Below are positions 63,339-64,000 of a stretch of DNA of 64,000 nt, piece by piece; within the stretch, counting starts at the first letter, position 1, and each line of letters begins with the position of its first letter. This stretch comes from Verrucomicrobiota bacterium (GTDB taxonomy: Bacteria > Verrucomicrobiota > Verrucomicrobiia > Limisphaerales > CANJXF01). Where the stretch lies: positions 1-64,000 of the forward strand of contig JBBQRQ010000010.1 in assembly GCA_038214755.1 (NCBI GenBank), read 5' to 3'. A model generated the notes under the pieces. It was not told the DNA's origin. It ran no database searches and saw only the letters and a list, made by a program, of their open reading frames with translations. The position numbers and the translations under genes were made by a program.

Positions 63339-64000
63339 ATGAAATTTTTGCAAATGAGTAAGCGGGTTTTGTTGTTTGTCGGTGTGAACCTTTTGATCGT
63401 TCTCACCATCTCCATCATCTTGAATCTGCTGGGAGTTCGTGGACGGCTCGGCAATCAAGGTTACTCGGGACTTCTTCTCTTTTGTTTTATCTGGGGCATG
63501 GGCGGCGCATTTATTTCCCTGGCTCTGTCGCGTGTCATGGCCAAGTGGTTCATGGGCGTCAAGGTGATTGATCCGAAGACTTCCGATCCTGACCAGCGCG
63601 AATTACTCGAATTGGTTTACGGTCTCGCGCAGACGGCGCGGCTTCCCGAGAGACCGCACGTCGGCATTTACGAATCTCCCGAAGTCAACGCGTTCGCCAC
63701 CGGCCCGACAAAATCGCGTTCGCTCGTGGCGGTTTCCACCGGCTTGCTCAACTCGATGCGACGCGAAGAAATCGAAGGAGTCCTCGGCCACGAAATCGCT
63801 CACATCGCCAATGGCGACATGGTGACGATGACACTGCTTCAGGGAGTGATTAACGCGTTCGTTATGTTCCTTGCTCGTGTTCTGGCGTTTGCCGTTTCGC
63901 AAGCGCTTCGTTCCCGCGATAGCCGCGGGAGTTCCTACATGATGCAATATGTTTTCGTGATGCTTTTCGAAGTGGTGTTTTCTCTTTTAGGCATGGTGGT
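63339..64000 (+). CDS. htpX: Protease HtpX (partial, runs off window)
   Basis: GMGGAFISLALSR, EVNAFATGP, LVAVSTGLL, GVLGHEIAHIANGDMVTMTLLQG. Confidence 0.93.
   Translation, partial: MKFLQMSKRVLLFVGVNLLIVLTISIILNLLGVRGRLGNQGYSGLLLFCFIWGMGGAFISLALSRVMAKWFMGVKVIDPKTSDPDQRELLELVYGLAQTARLPERPHVGIYESPEVNAFATGPTKSRSLVAVSTGLLNSMRREEIEGVLGHEIAHIANGDMVTMTLLQGVINAFVMFLARVLAFAVSQALRSRDSRGSSYMMQYVFVMLFEVVFSLLGMV

Overview
A 64 kb chromosomal segment of a moderately GC-rich bacterium, most likely Verrucomicrobiota (Pedosphaera/Limisphaera-like). This is inferred from the H-X9-DG prepilin-type proteins, secreted LamG proteins, the DUF1800/DUF1501 pair and a short AtpH. The backbone is housekeeping: SNF2 helicase, sua5, trpD, gmd plus a ColD-like sugar locus, mlaEFD plus MMPL, recQ, hppA, ruvB, atpBEFHA-G, tilS, ftsH, cobA/hemD, tRNA-Tyr, ffh, a DinG-family helicase, a SurA-like PPIase, pdxA, thiG, sppA, upp, an M24 peptidase and htpX. 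Layered on it is a dense small-repeat landscape: about nine REP-like palindrome families, several 7-bp tandem-repeat elements and a REP-flanked RAYT transposase carrying a nonsense codon. Repeats are inserted in frame inside SNF2, Sua5, TrpD, RecQ and DinG, supply stop codons to three genes, and in one case bracket a foreign gene. Other highlights: an ORF6N gene inside the atp operon with two co-varying palindromes (one coding, one upstream); a long nested hairpin plus terminator leader before a LamG/Ig gene; scrambled thiC 3' remnants around a GC-rich delta-60 gene; a yebC C-terminal relic; an IS630 end truncating the first gene; and a small toxin-antitoxin island after ffh. All calls come from reading motifs by eye; no searches were run.
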